54,938 nucleotides of DNA from Patescibacteria group bacterium (GCA_039188945.1 JBCCYW010000005.1:1-54938); one strand, 5' to 3'; shown: positions 1 to 9,400, counted from the first letter of the stretch. The notes: generated by a model not told the origin, from the sequence alone. Translations and numbers: made by a program.

Positions 1-720
1 CTCCCACATACTTTCTCGCCACGCTTCAAATTGCTGCTGCCAGTCTTCCTCTTTCACAAAGTACTCAATTTCCATCTGTTCAAACTCGCGCACCCGAAAC
101 AAGAACTCTCGCGGCGCGATTTCATTACGAAACGCCTTACCAATCTGCCCAATCCCAAATGGCATTTTCGGCGCCATGGTATCGACGACGTTTTTGAAGT
201 TTACAAAAATACCTTGAGCGGTCTCTGGACGCAGGTATGATTTTACGTTTCCTTCTGCGCCAACCTGGGTTTCGAACATAAGGTTAAAGTCCTTGGTCTT
301 GGAAAGTTGGTTACCTTGCGGACTGGTAATGCCATGTGTCTCAATTAATTGATCAATTTCTTCTAGTGAGAGGCCTTCCGCCTCATGACCATGTTCTTTT
401 AGGAGGTGATCAGCTCGGAAGCGCTGCCCAGTTTTAGTGTCTTCAATCACCGGATCAGTAAACCCAGCACCAGTGTGCCCTGAAGCTTCCCAGACTTTTT
501 CGTTCATTAAAATTGCTGCATCAAGTCCATACATATCTTCCCTGCCATCAACGAACATCCGCCACCATTCACGCTTGATGTTGTTACTCAGCGCTACCCC
601 GAGAGGACCAAGATCCCACGCACCTTTAAGGCCGCCATAGATTTCACTTCCCTGAAATATAAAACCCCGTCGTTTACATAACGAGACAATCTTCTCCATT
701 CGTTCGTTTCCTTCACTCAT
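1..720 (-). CDS. glyQS: glycyl-tRNA synthetase, class II alpha2-type; N-terminal 240 codons, 3' end beyond left edge
   Basis: Absent from the ORF track because it runs off the edge. My minus-strand translation from the ATG (complement of 718-720) reads MSEGNERMEKIVSLCKRRGFIFQGSEIYGGLKGAWDLGPLG...YLRPETAQGIFVNFKNV...IGKAFRNEIAPREFLFRVREFEQMEIEYF. This matches GlyRS motif 1/2 and stays open to position 1. Confidence 0.9.
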   Translation of the reverse strand, partial: MSEGNERMEKIVSLCKRRGFIFQGSEIYGGLKGAWDLGPLGVALSNNIKREWWRMFVDGREDMYGLDAAILMNEKVWEASGHTGAGFTDPVIEDTKTGQRFRADHLLKEHGHEAEGLSLEEIDQLIETHGITSPQGNQLSKTKDFNLMFETQVGAEGNVKSYLRPETAQGIFVNFKNVVDTMAPKMPFGIGQIGKAFRNEIAPREFLFRVREFEQMEIEYFVKEEDWQQQFEAWRESMWE

Positions 721-729
721 ACCATTTAA

Positions 730-2685
730 TTAATTATCCGGGTCTTGTACCTCACCACTACCTCTACCAAATCCAGCTTCGTCTGACAACTGCGCGCTGA
801 TTGGTGGTGCAGTTGCCCGAATTACAGTACCCGTAAAGCGGTCGGTAGCCCGCAATCGTTGTTCGCTTAAAAGCACTGGCGTGTCACCAATCTGCGAAAG
901 ACTTGGCACCAGCTCAACCTGGAAGCTCGTCCGGCTTGTTTCATTAGCAGCAATCGATCCAATGTCCCAGCTAATGGCTTTGGAAACTGGGTTATAGGTA
1001 ATTGAACCCTCCCCGGAAACATTGTCTGGCCAGTTAATAAACTGCGGTACCGATGTCGTCACTACTGCATCAACCACATCGTTACTACCATTTTGGGCAA
1101 CGAGGGTGAGGGTATAAGTGGTACGCTCCTCCGCTACTGGCGGCACAGGCCCTTGATCAGCAAACACACTCGTATTGCGCCCGGCTTCCCGCATGAGTGC
1201 GAGCTCGGTTTCTATCCGCGCATTCACTTGCGATGAACCGATAAGATCTTCGCTGGCGCTACTATCAGACACTCGACGCGCAAACACGTCGACCTCAATA
1301 TCAAACGTCGGTGTATTGTCTTGGGCAATTGGTTGGAAATTAAATGAAAACTGCTCATTCGCTCCCGGGAAGAACTCTGCCAACGATTCTTTGCTGCTCA
1401 CATCCCAGCGCACAACATTACGTAGTGAATTATAGAAACCATCGCTCACACTCACATCATCCTCACGCACTGTGGCGCCAACTAAGGTAGCTTCAACCAC
1501 TACGTCGTAAACGGTCTCATCAAGAGTGTTAGTCAGACGAACCGTCACATTGGCTGAACTATCAGGATCGATCGCGACACTATCAGCTGCGTCACCATTC
1601 ACCGACGTTCGTACGTCAATAAACGGTCGTTCGATCAAGAATTCGGCATCCGCGGTAGCCAAGACTGAACCCATTTGGAATTGGTTGTTATCGTCTGGAT
1701 TACCAATCGTGAAACGGAGCACTGAAGCTTCGTTGGTTTGACCGAGGACCACCCCGGTGATGGTAATGGTTTTGGTTTCTTCTGGTGCCAGCTCATCAAA
1801 CAGCCAAGCATTTTGACTATAGAATGGGGCCGGATCAGCACTGGTGAAATCAAATCCATTAGGATACGAAGCGCTCACTAAAATATTTTCTAAACTATTT
1901 GGAGCATTTGATTTGATCGTTAGGGTCACATCAGTTTCTTGGCCGGAGGCCAGTTTTTCAGTTGATTCAACTGACACCGTAATCGGAGCGGAGTTGAGCT
2001 TAAAGACAAATGGCTCAGCATCTTTGAAAAACGTACCGTTTGATCCAACCAAGCGATACTCAACCGTCGCCAATACCTCCTTCTCATCATTTTCTTCGCC
2101 AAAAACGGCTACCCGAACTGGTACATTGATGGTTTCTCCCGGTCCAACTGAATTCAGTGGGAGTCGCTCTTCAAAAATATCCCGCGGAGAATCATCAACT
2201 GAGCGGGTACCAATTGGATATTTCATGATTAAGGTAGCTGCCTCGATTGAAGCAGTGTTTTGATTGGTGATAGCAATCTGTAGTGGCAACACTTCTCCCC
2301 CACCAACTGCGAATGGTCCACCAACCGACACTTCGATATTTTGTGGAGAAATACTATTTTGGCCAGTAAACAAAAAGATGCTCGAATAGCCGAGGGCAAG
2401 AATCAATATTCCAAGAGAAGCGGCAATTGCAACAACTCGATAGGTTCTTTTTTTACGCTTTGGCATATCAGTTTCATTGGTGATTGGTGCTACTGGGGCT
2501 GGCTGAGGGGTCTCGGGCATACGAGTCGGAGCAGATTGCTGGCGTCGTGTGTCTTGCCACTCTGTTTTCACCGCAACTGGTTCATCTGAAAGGTTATGTC
2601 GCTCAGTTTTTTCTTCTTTTCGACCACGTTCATAGAGCCGCTTGCGCAGCTCATCGATCCGATCCTGGTCCTTAAACCCAGCCAT
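730..2685 (-). CDS. membrane-anchored hypothetical protein (651 aa): charged cytoplasmic N-terminus, one TM helix, long beta-rich extracytoplasmic region
   Basis: Track ORF 730..2808 trimmed to the internal ATG at 2685 (MAGFKDQDRIDELRK). An AAAGGGG SD lies upstream, and this start removes the overlap with the recO-like gene. TM helix: YRVVAIAASLGILILALGYSSIFLF. No family recognised. Confidence 0.6.
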   Translation of the reverse strand: MAGFKDQDRIDELRKRLYERGRKEEKTERHNLSDEPVAVKTEWQDTRRQQSAPTRMPETPQPAPVAPITNETDMPKRKKRTYRVVAIAASLGILILALGYSSIFLFTGQNSISPQNIEVSVGGPFAVGGGEVLPLQIAITNQNTASIEAATLIMKYPIGTRSVDDSPRDIFEERLPLNSVGPGETINVPVRVAVFGEENDEKEVLATVEYRLVGSNGTFFKDAEPFVFKLNSAPITVSVESTEKLASGQETDVTLTIKSNAPNSLENILVSASYPNGFDFTSADPAPFYSQNAWLFDELAPEETKTITITGVVLGQTNEASVLRFTIGNPDDNNQFQMGSVLATADAEFLIERPFIDVRTSVNGDAADSVAIDPDSSANVTVRLTNTLDETVYDVVVEATLVGATVREDDVSVSDGFYNSLRNVVRWDVSSKESLAEFFPGANEQFSFNFQPIAQDNTPTFDIEVDVFARRVSDSSASEDLIGSSQVNARIETELALMREAGRNTSVFADQGPVPPVAEERTTYTLTLVAQNGSNDVVDAVVTTSVPQFINWPDNVSGEGSITYNPVSKAISWDIGSIAANETSRTSFQVELVPSLSQIGDTPVLLSEQRLRATDRFTGTVIRATAPPISAQLSDEAGFGRGSGEVQDPDN

Positions 2686-2710
2686 AACCCCTTTAGTATA
2701 GCACCGAGAG

Positions 2711-3292
2711 CTATAAATGGCTGACTTCAGCCGCGGTTTTGAGCGCTCGATCAAGTGCGATTTCTTCGTCGCCCGACAGCTCGCGATCAAACTGAGCGAT
2801 ATTGTCACTAAATGAGGCTTGCAAGGCTTTTTCGGAAGAAACGTAACCTAAGGCATGGAGCAGGTTGAGGCTTAATAGGCGTTCAAACGTCACTCGATGT
2901 GCAACAGTGGTAGTGGCCAGTTTTGGTAAACCGTCTTTAAGGAGCGTAAATACTCGTTCGTTTATCTCTTCCCCATGAACATAACGACGAACTAGCTTAA
3001 TAATACGCACGACGCTGCCTCGCGCTTCGCGCGAGGCAGCGTCGGAAAACAAATTCCCTTGTGATTCCACGCTGGCAATCCGCCAGCTCGTCTTTCCCCG
3101 AAATAGTGATACTCGAACAATCGAAAACTCCTGCAGCGCATAGCGCTGTTTTGATTTTTCTTCTCGCACACTCTTGGCCTCAGCGAAAATCATCCCCGCA
3201 TCCTTGGTGAAGAGTAAGTATGAGCGATCAGCCGTACTCCGTGCCTTGCTCCCACAGACAATCGCTTCTGTGCTGTAGGTTTCGTAAGCCAT
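2711..3292 (-). CDS. recO: RecO-like DNA repair protein (short form, 193 aa)
   Basis: N-terminal OB-like pattern TEAIVCGSKARSTADRSYLLFTKDAGMIFAEAKSVREEKSKQRYALQEFS, followed by ...FERLLSLNLLHALGYV, resembles RecO. The ATG overlaps the ileS stop (TAATG). No C-terminal zinc finger is visible. Confidence 0.55.
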   Translation of the reverse strand: MAYETYSTEAIVCGSKARSTADRSYLLFTKDAGMIFAEAKSVREEKSKQRYALQEFSIVRVSLFRGKTSWRIASVESQGNLFSDAASREARGSVVRIIKLVRRYVHGEEINERVFTLLKDGLPKLATTTVAHRVTFERLLSLNLLHALGYVSSEKALQASFSDNIAQFDRELSGDEEIALDRALKTAAEVSHL

Positions 3293-6200
3293 TAGACTTT
3301 TGTAATCTCTACGGTGAAGGAATGTTCACCCGCCACGACTTCGGAACCATTTGCATCACCAAAGGTGAGCTTCTTCGCCCCCACCGTTTTCATGATGTCA
3401 GTCTGGTGCGCATTAACAATCGCTTCCCCGCCATCAGAGGTCTGCACCACAAGCTCGATCTGATCAGTTGGTGAGAGGCCGGCCTGCTTTCGCATGTCCT
3501 GGACCTGACGCATAAACTCCCGAGCATCACCTTCTTGCTGGAGCTCAGGTGTGATTCGTTCATCGATAGCCACCGTATCATGATCAGTCACCTTATACTT
3601 CTTTACATTCACCTCATCGATCACTATCTGCTGGTGAATATCGGCCAGCTTTGGGCCGGTCACCGAAGCCAGTGGTTGCCGCACTTTTAGTTTTGCTTGC
3701 GCTCGTTTCTCAAGTGCCATCGTTACCACTTCTCGAGTCTGCTTCATGGCTTCAAGGACCGACTCATCTACTTTCCCGGCCTCAGGCCAGGCTGCCAGAT
3801 GCACACTTTCAGCGCCTTTCTCATCGCGTACCTCGCGCCACAAGTAATCTGCATAGAACGGCATACTCGGCGCCATCACCAGCGCTAGGTGTTGGAGTAC
3901 GTGGCGAAGCGTCGCCAGTGCCGCAGTCTTATCTTCGGCTTCATCTCCTTTCAAGCGATCACGTGATCGACGCAAGTACCAGACCGAGAGATCATCAATA
4001 AAGCCGGTGATTGGGCGGGTCGCTCGGTCGAGTTCATAGGCTTTGTAGCCAGCAGTCGTTTCAGCGATAAGTTCATTAAGTCGCGTGATGATCCATTCAT
4101 CAAGAACATGTTTTGAGCTATCTGACGCGTCTCCCCCATCGGCGTATTGCTGATACATCGTTAATACGTTGTGCAAACGACCAATGTTCTTACGCTGTAA
4201 TTCCTGCACCTCCTTCTCTGAGAAGTTTAGATCTTCTCCCTTAATGATTGGTGAGCTTAAGAGATAAAAGCGCATTGAGTCAGCACCTGAGCTATGGGCC
4301 ACCTCCATGGGGTCAGGATAATTTTGGAGCTTTTTACTCATCTTTTGGCCGTCCTCAGCCAGCACAATTCCATTCACGATCACATTCTCATATGGTGATT
4401 TTCCAAAGAGAGCCGTTCCCAAGACAATCAATGAGTAGAACCAACCTCGCGTTTGGTCGAGTCCTTCAGCGATGAAGTTGGCCGGAAACAGCTCCTTTTC
4501 AAAGTTGTCTTCGCATGAAAAGGGATAGTGATACTGCCCATACGGCATCGAACCACTTTCAAACCAACAGTCAAAAACGTCCGGTACTCGTTCCAGTTTT
4601 GTTTCTCCGTCGTAGAGGTCAATCTCATCGATGTACGGCCGATGATAATCGAGTTCATAAAAGTCATTGTGGGGGTACGCAGCAAAGTTGAGTTCGCGTA
4701 ATTCGGCGTTCTGTAGATCATAGTCATTCTGATCGACATGCCAGGCTGATGTTTCAAGATCATCCCCTTTTGCGGCCGCTTGCAACATCTGCAACGTTCC
4801 GTTGTGCGCCACGATCAAGACTTTCTTATCTTGATTGGTACGATTCACTGCAAAGAGAAATTCTCCCACCCGCTGCTTCACCTCTGTCCACGACTCTCCT
4901 CCTTCTGGATGCTTCGTCATGCGACCATGACCATCGGTAAAGAACTGATGGTACTCTTCAACTGGTTTATTTTCATACTCACCGAAGCGCATCTCATACA
5001 AACGATCATCAGCAAAGACACAATCACTCGCCAGACCAAGTTCACCAGCAATCAGCTGCGCTGTCTGCGCCGTTCGGAGTAGGGGCGAATGGTAGATAAG
5101 ATCAACCCCAGCTTTCTTAAGCTCCGCCGCAGCCTCCTTCGCCTGCTCTTTTCCTTTCTCGGTGAGACTATTACTCTCATCATTCACATCTGAGCTTAAG
5201 ATGCCTTTGGTATTAAAGACTGATTCACCATGACGAGTAATCGTGAAAGTGTTACCGCTACCAGGAACAAATGTCTGTAGCTCTGCCAAACTGCCAAATA
5301 CCTTAAAGTCTTTTGTCTCAGGATTTCGCCATACCGGCAGCGGCGCGCCCCAGTAGCGCTGACGGCTCACCGCCCAGTCACGCGCTCCTTCAAGCCACTT
5401 CCCAAAGCGGTTTTTGCCAACATGCTCTGGTACCCAATTGACCTTTTGGTTTGCCGCCACCAACTCATCTTTAAACTTTGTCACTTCTACAAACCACGAC
5501 GTTGTCGCGTAATTAAGGAGCGGCGTATCATCCCGCCAACAGTGCGGATAGCTATGCACGATATTTTCTTTGCGGAACAACGTACCACTATCTTTCAGCG
5601 CCCGTACGATTTCGATATCAGCATCTAAGTGTGTCACTCCAGAAGCATCGTCGTCTTTTGGTTTAACGAGTTGCCCGGCAAAGTCAGTCACAAAATTCAT
5701 AAACCGGCCTTCATAATCGACATGGTGAAACACAGGAATCCCCTCGCGCTGAGCGAGGAGTAAATCTTCTTCACCATAAGCCGGAGCCAGATGCACGGCT
5801 CCAGTTCCATCTTCACCTAATTCAACATACGGTGCATGATAAATCTTCCAAGCATTATCGCGACCTTTGAACTCTTGGTCATCCATGTATGCGAACGGTG
5901 GTTTGTAGGACTTACCAACCAAGGTAGAGCCTTTGAATTCGCTAACAATTTCATACTCATCTGTATCAAGCTGCTCCAAGCGAGCTTTTGCCAGCACTAC
6001 CACCTCTGCTACACCATCATTGGTGACGCGAGCTTTCACATAGTCATACTCTTCATGTACCGCTGCTGCAAAATTGCCTGGCAAGGTCCATGGCGTCGTG
6101 GTCCAGACCAGTAATGATGCCTTATCTGGATCATCAACAATCGGCAGTTTTACAGTAACCGCAATATCTTTGATGTCTTTGTAACCAAGATTCACTTCAA

Positions 6201-6783
6201 AGTTCGAAAGTGTGGTCCCACAACGTGGACAGAGGTGCATGCTCTTGAAGTCTTCATACACCAACCCTTTTTTATGAAGCTCACTAAATACCCACCACAC
6301 ACTCTCAGTGTATGAGGAATCCATGGTTTTATAATCATCCTCCATATCAGCCCAGCGGCCCATGCGCGGAATAATTTCCTGCCAATCGTCGCGATACTCC
6401 ATCACCGCAGTCCGCGCCGCTTCATTGAAGTTTTTAATGCCGTAGTCTTCAATGTCTCGTTTGTTCGCCAAACCTAATTTTTTCTCGATCAGGTTCTCGA
6501 GTGGCAACCCATGACAATCCCAACCCCACTGCCGGCGGACATGGTACCCATTCATGGTCCAAAACCGTGGAATTGCGTCTTTAATCGCACTCGCTAAAAT
6601 ATGACCATAGTGTGGCAAGCCAGTCGCAAACGGCGGCCCATCATAAAAAACAAAATCACCTTTAGGCTTCCCGCCACCAGGTGTCTCTAAACTCTTTTTA
6701 AACGTGTCGTGCTCCTGCCAAAAAGCCAGTACGGCTTCTTCACGCAGGGCGACCTCACTCTTCTTTGTGTGTTCTGTATTCAT
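3292..6783 (-). CDS. ileS: isoleucyl-tRNA synthetase (type-2-like) carrying an internal histidine-phosphatase domain
   Basis: 1163-aa ORF with HYGH (PHYGHIL), the CP1 editing-region block TTTPWTLPGN, WAVSRQRYWGAPLPVW, KMSKK, and an anticodon-binding and C-terminal region typical of IleRS. Confidence 0.95.
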   Translation of the reverse strand: MNTEHTKKSEVALREEAVLAFWQEHDTFKKSLETPGGGKPKGDFVFYDGPPFATGLPHYGHILASAIKDAIPRFWTMNGYHVRRQWGWDCHGLPLENLIEKKLGLANKRDIEDYGIKNFNEAARTAVMEYRDDWQEIIPRMGRWADMEDDYKTMDSSYTESVWWVFSELHKKGLVYEDFKSMHLCPRCGTTLSNFEVNLGYKDIKDIAVTVKLPIVDDPDKASLLVWTTTPWTLPGNFAAAVHEEYDYVKARVTNDGVAEVVVLAKARLEQLDTDEYEIVSEFKGSTLVGKSYKPPFAYMDDQEFKGRDNAWKIYHAPYVELGEDGTGAVHLAPAYGEEDLLLAQREGIPVFHHVDYEGRFMNFVTDFAGQLVKPKDDDASGVTHLDADIEIVRALKDSGTLFRKENIVHSYPHCWRDDTPLLNYATTSWFVEVTKFKDELVAANQKVNWVPEHVGKNRFGKWLEGARDWAVSRQRYWGAPLPVWRNPETKDFKVFGSLAELQTFVPGSGNTFTITRHGESVFNTKGILSSDVNDESNSLTEKGKEQAKEAAAELKKAGVDLIYHSPLLRTAQTAQLIAGELGLASDCVFADDRLYEMRFGEYENKPVEEYHQFFTDGHGRMTKHPEGGESWTEVKQRVGEFLFAVNRTNQDKKVLIVAHNGTLQMLQAAAKGDDLETSAWHVDQNDYDLQNAELRELNFAAYPHNDFYELDYHRPYIDEIDLYDGETKLERVPDVFDCWFESGSMPYGQYHYPFSCEDNFEKELFPANFIAEGLDQTRGWFYSLIVLGTALFGKSPYENVIVNGIVLAEDGQKMSKKLQNYPDPMEVAHSSGADSMRFYLLSSPIIKGEDLNFSEKEVQELQRKNIGRLHNVLTMYQQYADGGDASDSSKHVLDEWIITRLNELIAETTAGYKAYELDRATRPITGFIDDLSVWYLRRSRDRLKGDEAEDKTAALATLRHVLQHLALVMAPSMPFYADYLWREVRDEKGAESVHLAAWPEAGKVDESVLEAMKQTREVVTMALEKRAQAKLKVRQPLASVTGPKLADIHQQIVIDEVNVKKYKVTDHDTVAIDERITPELQQEGDAREFMRQVQDMRKQAGLSPTDQIELVVQTSDGGEAIVNAHQTDIMKTVGAKKLTFGDANGSEVVAGEHSFTVEITKV
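4669..5253 (-). other. histidine phosphatase (PGAM-like, branch 1) domain inserted in-frame in IleRS (aa ~511-705)
   Basis: TFTITRHGESVFN (RHG motif), LTEKGKEQA, IYHSPLLRTAQTAQ, EMRFGEYE, VLIVAHNGTLQ (second catalytic His). Flanked by the IleRS blocks PLPVW and LDYHRPYIDE. Confidence 0.8.
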
Positions 6784-6825
6784 ATGTCTACTTATGCGTA
6801 TCAGGCATCTAATAAGCGCAACGTA

Positions 6826-7212
6826 TCAGGTTGCTTGGGCATAGTAGCATGAAATATAAAAACAAAAAGCGGCCCGCCAGCAATGGCGGACCTTCTCCCA
6901 AAACCCGAGTTCACGCGAGGAAGTGATTTCTCGCTCTGGTGGTGGTACATAGCCACCATCGAGATTGATCTCCGGCCAATTACGAAATTCACCTGGTGTG
7001 ATTGTGAACATATAGTAACGCTCAACATCCATCCGATCTGCGTACACAAACCGGCCACCACTCATGCCTGCATAGAGTTCATACCAGTAGATCCAGACAA
7101 TTTCCTTCTCACCGTCCTCAAACTCCACTTCCCTAGCATGAGTTACGGTAAGACACAAAGATCGGGCGACCCAGCAACCGACACTGATGATCGCTTTAAA
7201 ACGTTGCGACAT
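6826..7212 (-). CDS. hypothetical protein (128 aa), possible lipoprotein
   Basis: ATG preceded by a strong SD (AAAGAGGAGCGAAATAC-ATG). N-terminus MSQRFKAIISVGC has a lipobox-like SVGC. The composition looks more protein-like than the overlapping plus-strand ORF. Confidence 0.5.
   Translation of the reverse strand: MSQRFKAIISVGCWVARSLCLTVTHAREVEFEDGEKEIVWIYWYELYAGMSGGRFVYADRMDVERYYMFTITPGEFRNWPEINLDGGYVPPPEREITSSRELGFWEKVRHCWRAAFCFYISCYYAQAT
6851..6892 (-). terminator. intrinsic-terminator-like hairpin plus U-tract, minus strand
   Basis: Minus strand reads GGTCCGCCA-TTGC-TGGCGGGCC followed by GCTTTTTGTTTTTATATTT. It lies inside the last ~20 codons of ORF 6826..7212 and about 70 nt upstream of the ileS ATG. 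Confidence 0.5.
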
Positions 7213-7275
7213 GTATTTCGCTCCTCTTTCATTTGTTCGTTTACGTTCAGGAAAATATGATATCAGCCTGACTGT

Positions 7276-7407
7276 TTACGTTATGAAAAGACCTCTGTTG
7301 TACATTTCTTCCCAAATCGATTTACCCCACAAGGTCTCACCTTTTAGGTGCTGTAGAGCAGTGTGCATGATCCAGCGATCATCTAGCTGTTCCAGCATTC
7401 TCTTCAT
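7276..7407 (-). CDS. candidate small ORF (43 aa), below track cutoff
   Basis: My translation: MKRMLEQLDDRWIMHTALQHLKGETLWGKSIWEEMYNRGLFIT*. GGGAG lies 6 nt upstream of the ATG. No homology recognised. Confidence 0.3.
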   Translation of the reverse strand: MKRMLEQLDDRWIMHTALQHLKGETLWGKSIWEEMYNRGLFIT

Positions 7408-7468
7408 GATTTTCTCCCTGTACTTATGCTGTAAATGATAATGTCATTCTATAAATATTTGTCAACTA

Positions 7469-7702
7469 CTATGTTTCGTACTTACGAAACGGTACTACTT
7501 TTGACAGGTCGATCCCTCGAAAAGCGATCTCTTCTTCGAGCTCAATTTTAAATTGGTCCAACTCCTCTGACCGGTCAGTAAAATGAGACACTTCACGCCA
7601 ATTAGCGACAAGCCATTCGACGGATTGCTTACTGAGATCAATATCTCGAGGTACTTCCAGTTGGTTATGAGGCATTTGTTTTGGGTTTGGTTGTGCTTCC
7701 AT
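7469..7702 (-). CDS. hypothetical small acidic protein (77 aa)
   Basis: ATG ORF starting 2 nt after the argS stop codon, on the same strand. No family recognised. Confidence 0.5.
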   Translation of the reverse strand: MEAQPNPKQMPHNQLEVPRDIDLSKQSVEWLVANWREVSHFTDRSEELDQFKIELEEEIAFRGIDLSKVVPFRKYET

Positions 7703-7704
7703 AA

Positions 7705-9384
7705 CTACATTTTATCAGGCGCTTTGATCCCAAGCGCCCACAAGCCGTTCTGGAGTGTTTGCTGCACTGCCCCAGCTACCGCCGCCTTATAAGGAGCGAA
7801 TTTATCAGTAGCATCTGCAATTTTTTCTTGGGCGTAAAAGGTATTAAAGGCACCGGCGAGCTCGGTCAGAAAACCAGTAACATTATGGGGCGCTCGTTCG
7901 TTGAGTGCTTCTTCAATCACCTCCGGGAACCGGTAGAGGAGTTTTTCGATTTCATAAGGTTGTGGCGGCGCAAGCTGCGTCGACGCGTCGACGCCTGCTT
8001 GTGCCGCCTTCTCAAGCACGGAAATAATACGCGCATGGGTGTACTGCAAGTACGGCCCGCTATCACCTTCAAACGAAAGGGCTTTCTCTTTATCAAATAC
8101 TATATTTGAACCAACGTTATGTTTCAGAATTTGATACTTCAATGCGGCTACCGCAACCTGCTCGGCTAATTCATCGAGATTATCAGTTCGCGTCTCACTC
8201 GCTCGTTCTCTGGCTGCTTCCTGCATTTCTTCAAGTAATGATTCTCCGGTGAGCACATTTCCCTTACGTGACGACATCTTCCCAGTCGTGAGAGTGAGAA
8301 ATCCAGTCGCCACATGCTCGAGCTGTCGCTCAGACAAATCTGGAAATACTTCTTTGATCGCTGCAAAGATAACTTTAAAGTACTCGGCTTGCTCGATGCC
8401 AGTCACAATCACCGAAGCATCCCAGCTTGGCTCTGCTTCATGCTTGAGCTTAAAGTGACCAATGTCTTTGGCTTCGTACGTTGGCAAGCCTTCTGAATTT
8501 AGAAATACTCGAGTATGCAAACCTATTTTCTCTCCTTTGTAGACCACCGCTCCATCACTCTGCTCAAACACCGCTCCGGTATGTTCTTCTACCAGCGCCT
8601 GTCCAGGCCCGCTCACTAGTGATTCTGGTAGCTCATGATCAAAGGAAGTGTCCAAGACATCGAGAAGCTCTTGCAATCGCCGTTTAGAGGTCGCGATTCC
8701 CTGCTCACGTAGCGTATTCAAAGTTTCGTCTGAACCGGCATACAACGCTTTGTTGATCGCGACAATTTCATCTTTCTCTGCGCCGCCTTCTTCAAAAGCC
8801 GCGTTACCGGTTCGATATGCTTCACCGAGCGCCTGAATATCGCTTGGATCGCCACCGGTTTTTTGCATTCCCCAGACTGCCTTGGCAACCGACATCCCAA
8901 TATCTGACGGATAGTTAAATCGTTTTACATTCGCTCCGGCTAATTCAAATAGTCGCGACAGTGACTCACCAACGATATTGCCAACGAGATTTCCAATATG
9001 CAGTGGTTTAAAGAGATTGGGACTAGTGTATTCAATCATCACCAACTTTTCCTTCCAGGTATCATTCCTGCCCCACTGCTCTCCCTCTTCAAGTATGGTC
9101 GTGATTTTTTCTCTAAAAAAATCACGTCGTAAGTAGAAATTCAAAAAACCAGGTCCAGCTACCTCAACCTTCTCTACCTCAGGCAGTTTTCCTTCAAGCG
9201 CCACGAGTAATTGCGCAGCTAAATCTCGTGGCGCTTTACCAACCTGCTTCGCGGCTACCAAGGCAACATTCGAGGCATAATCACCGTGCGCCAGCTCCCC
9301 CGGATGTTCCACGACAAAATCTACTGGTTCAACACCAAGATCTGCGAGCACCTCACTAATCACTGATTGAATCTGGTCTTTCAT
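7705..9384 (-). CDS. argS: arginyl-tRNA synthetase
   Basis: 559 aa. N-terminal Arg_tRNA_synt_N-like region, an HIGH-type motif (SPNLFKPLHIGNL), and a C-terminal DALR-like anticodon-binding region (LKYQILKHN...YLQYTHARI). Confidence 0.95.
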   Translation of the reverse strand: MKDQIQSVISEVLADLGVEPVDFVVEHPGELAHGDYASNVALVAAKQVGKAPRDLAAQLLVALEGKLPEVEKVEVAGPGFLNFYLRRDFFREKITTILEEGEQWGRNDTWKEKLVMIEYTSPNLFKPLHIGNLVGNIVGESLSRLFELAGANVKRFNYPSDIGMSVAKAVWGMQKTGGDPSDIQALGEAYRTGNAAFEEGGAEKDEIVAINKALYAGSDETLNTLREQGIATSKRRLQELLDVLDTSFDHELPESLVSGPGQALVEEHTGAVFEQSDGAVVYKGEKIGLHTRVFLNSEGLPTYEAKDIGHFKLKHEAEPSWDASVIVTGIEQAEYFKVIFAAIKEVFPDLSERQLEHVATGFLTLTTGKMSSRKGNVLTGESLLEEMQEAARERASETRTDNLDELAEQVAVAALKYQILKHNVGSNIVFDKEKALSFEGDSGPYLQYTHARIISVLEKAAQAGVDASTQLAPPQPYEIEKLLYRFPEVIEEALNERAPHNVTGFLTELAGAFNTFYAQEKIADATDKFAPYKAAVAGAVQQTLQNGLWALGIKAPDKM

Positions 9385-9400
9385 GTCAGGCTACTATAGC

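Noticed and set aside
2686-2808. 41-codon upstream extension of track ORF 730..2808
   Set aside because: It overlaps the 3' end of the recO-like gene. The internal ATG at 2685 has a good SD (AAAGGGG), and the extension is not protein-like.
6883-7260. Plus-strand 125-aa ORF overlapping 6826..7212
   Set aside because: It has no SD and a Cys/Trp/His-rich odd composition. The minus-strand ORF has a strong SD and a more natural sequence.
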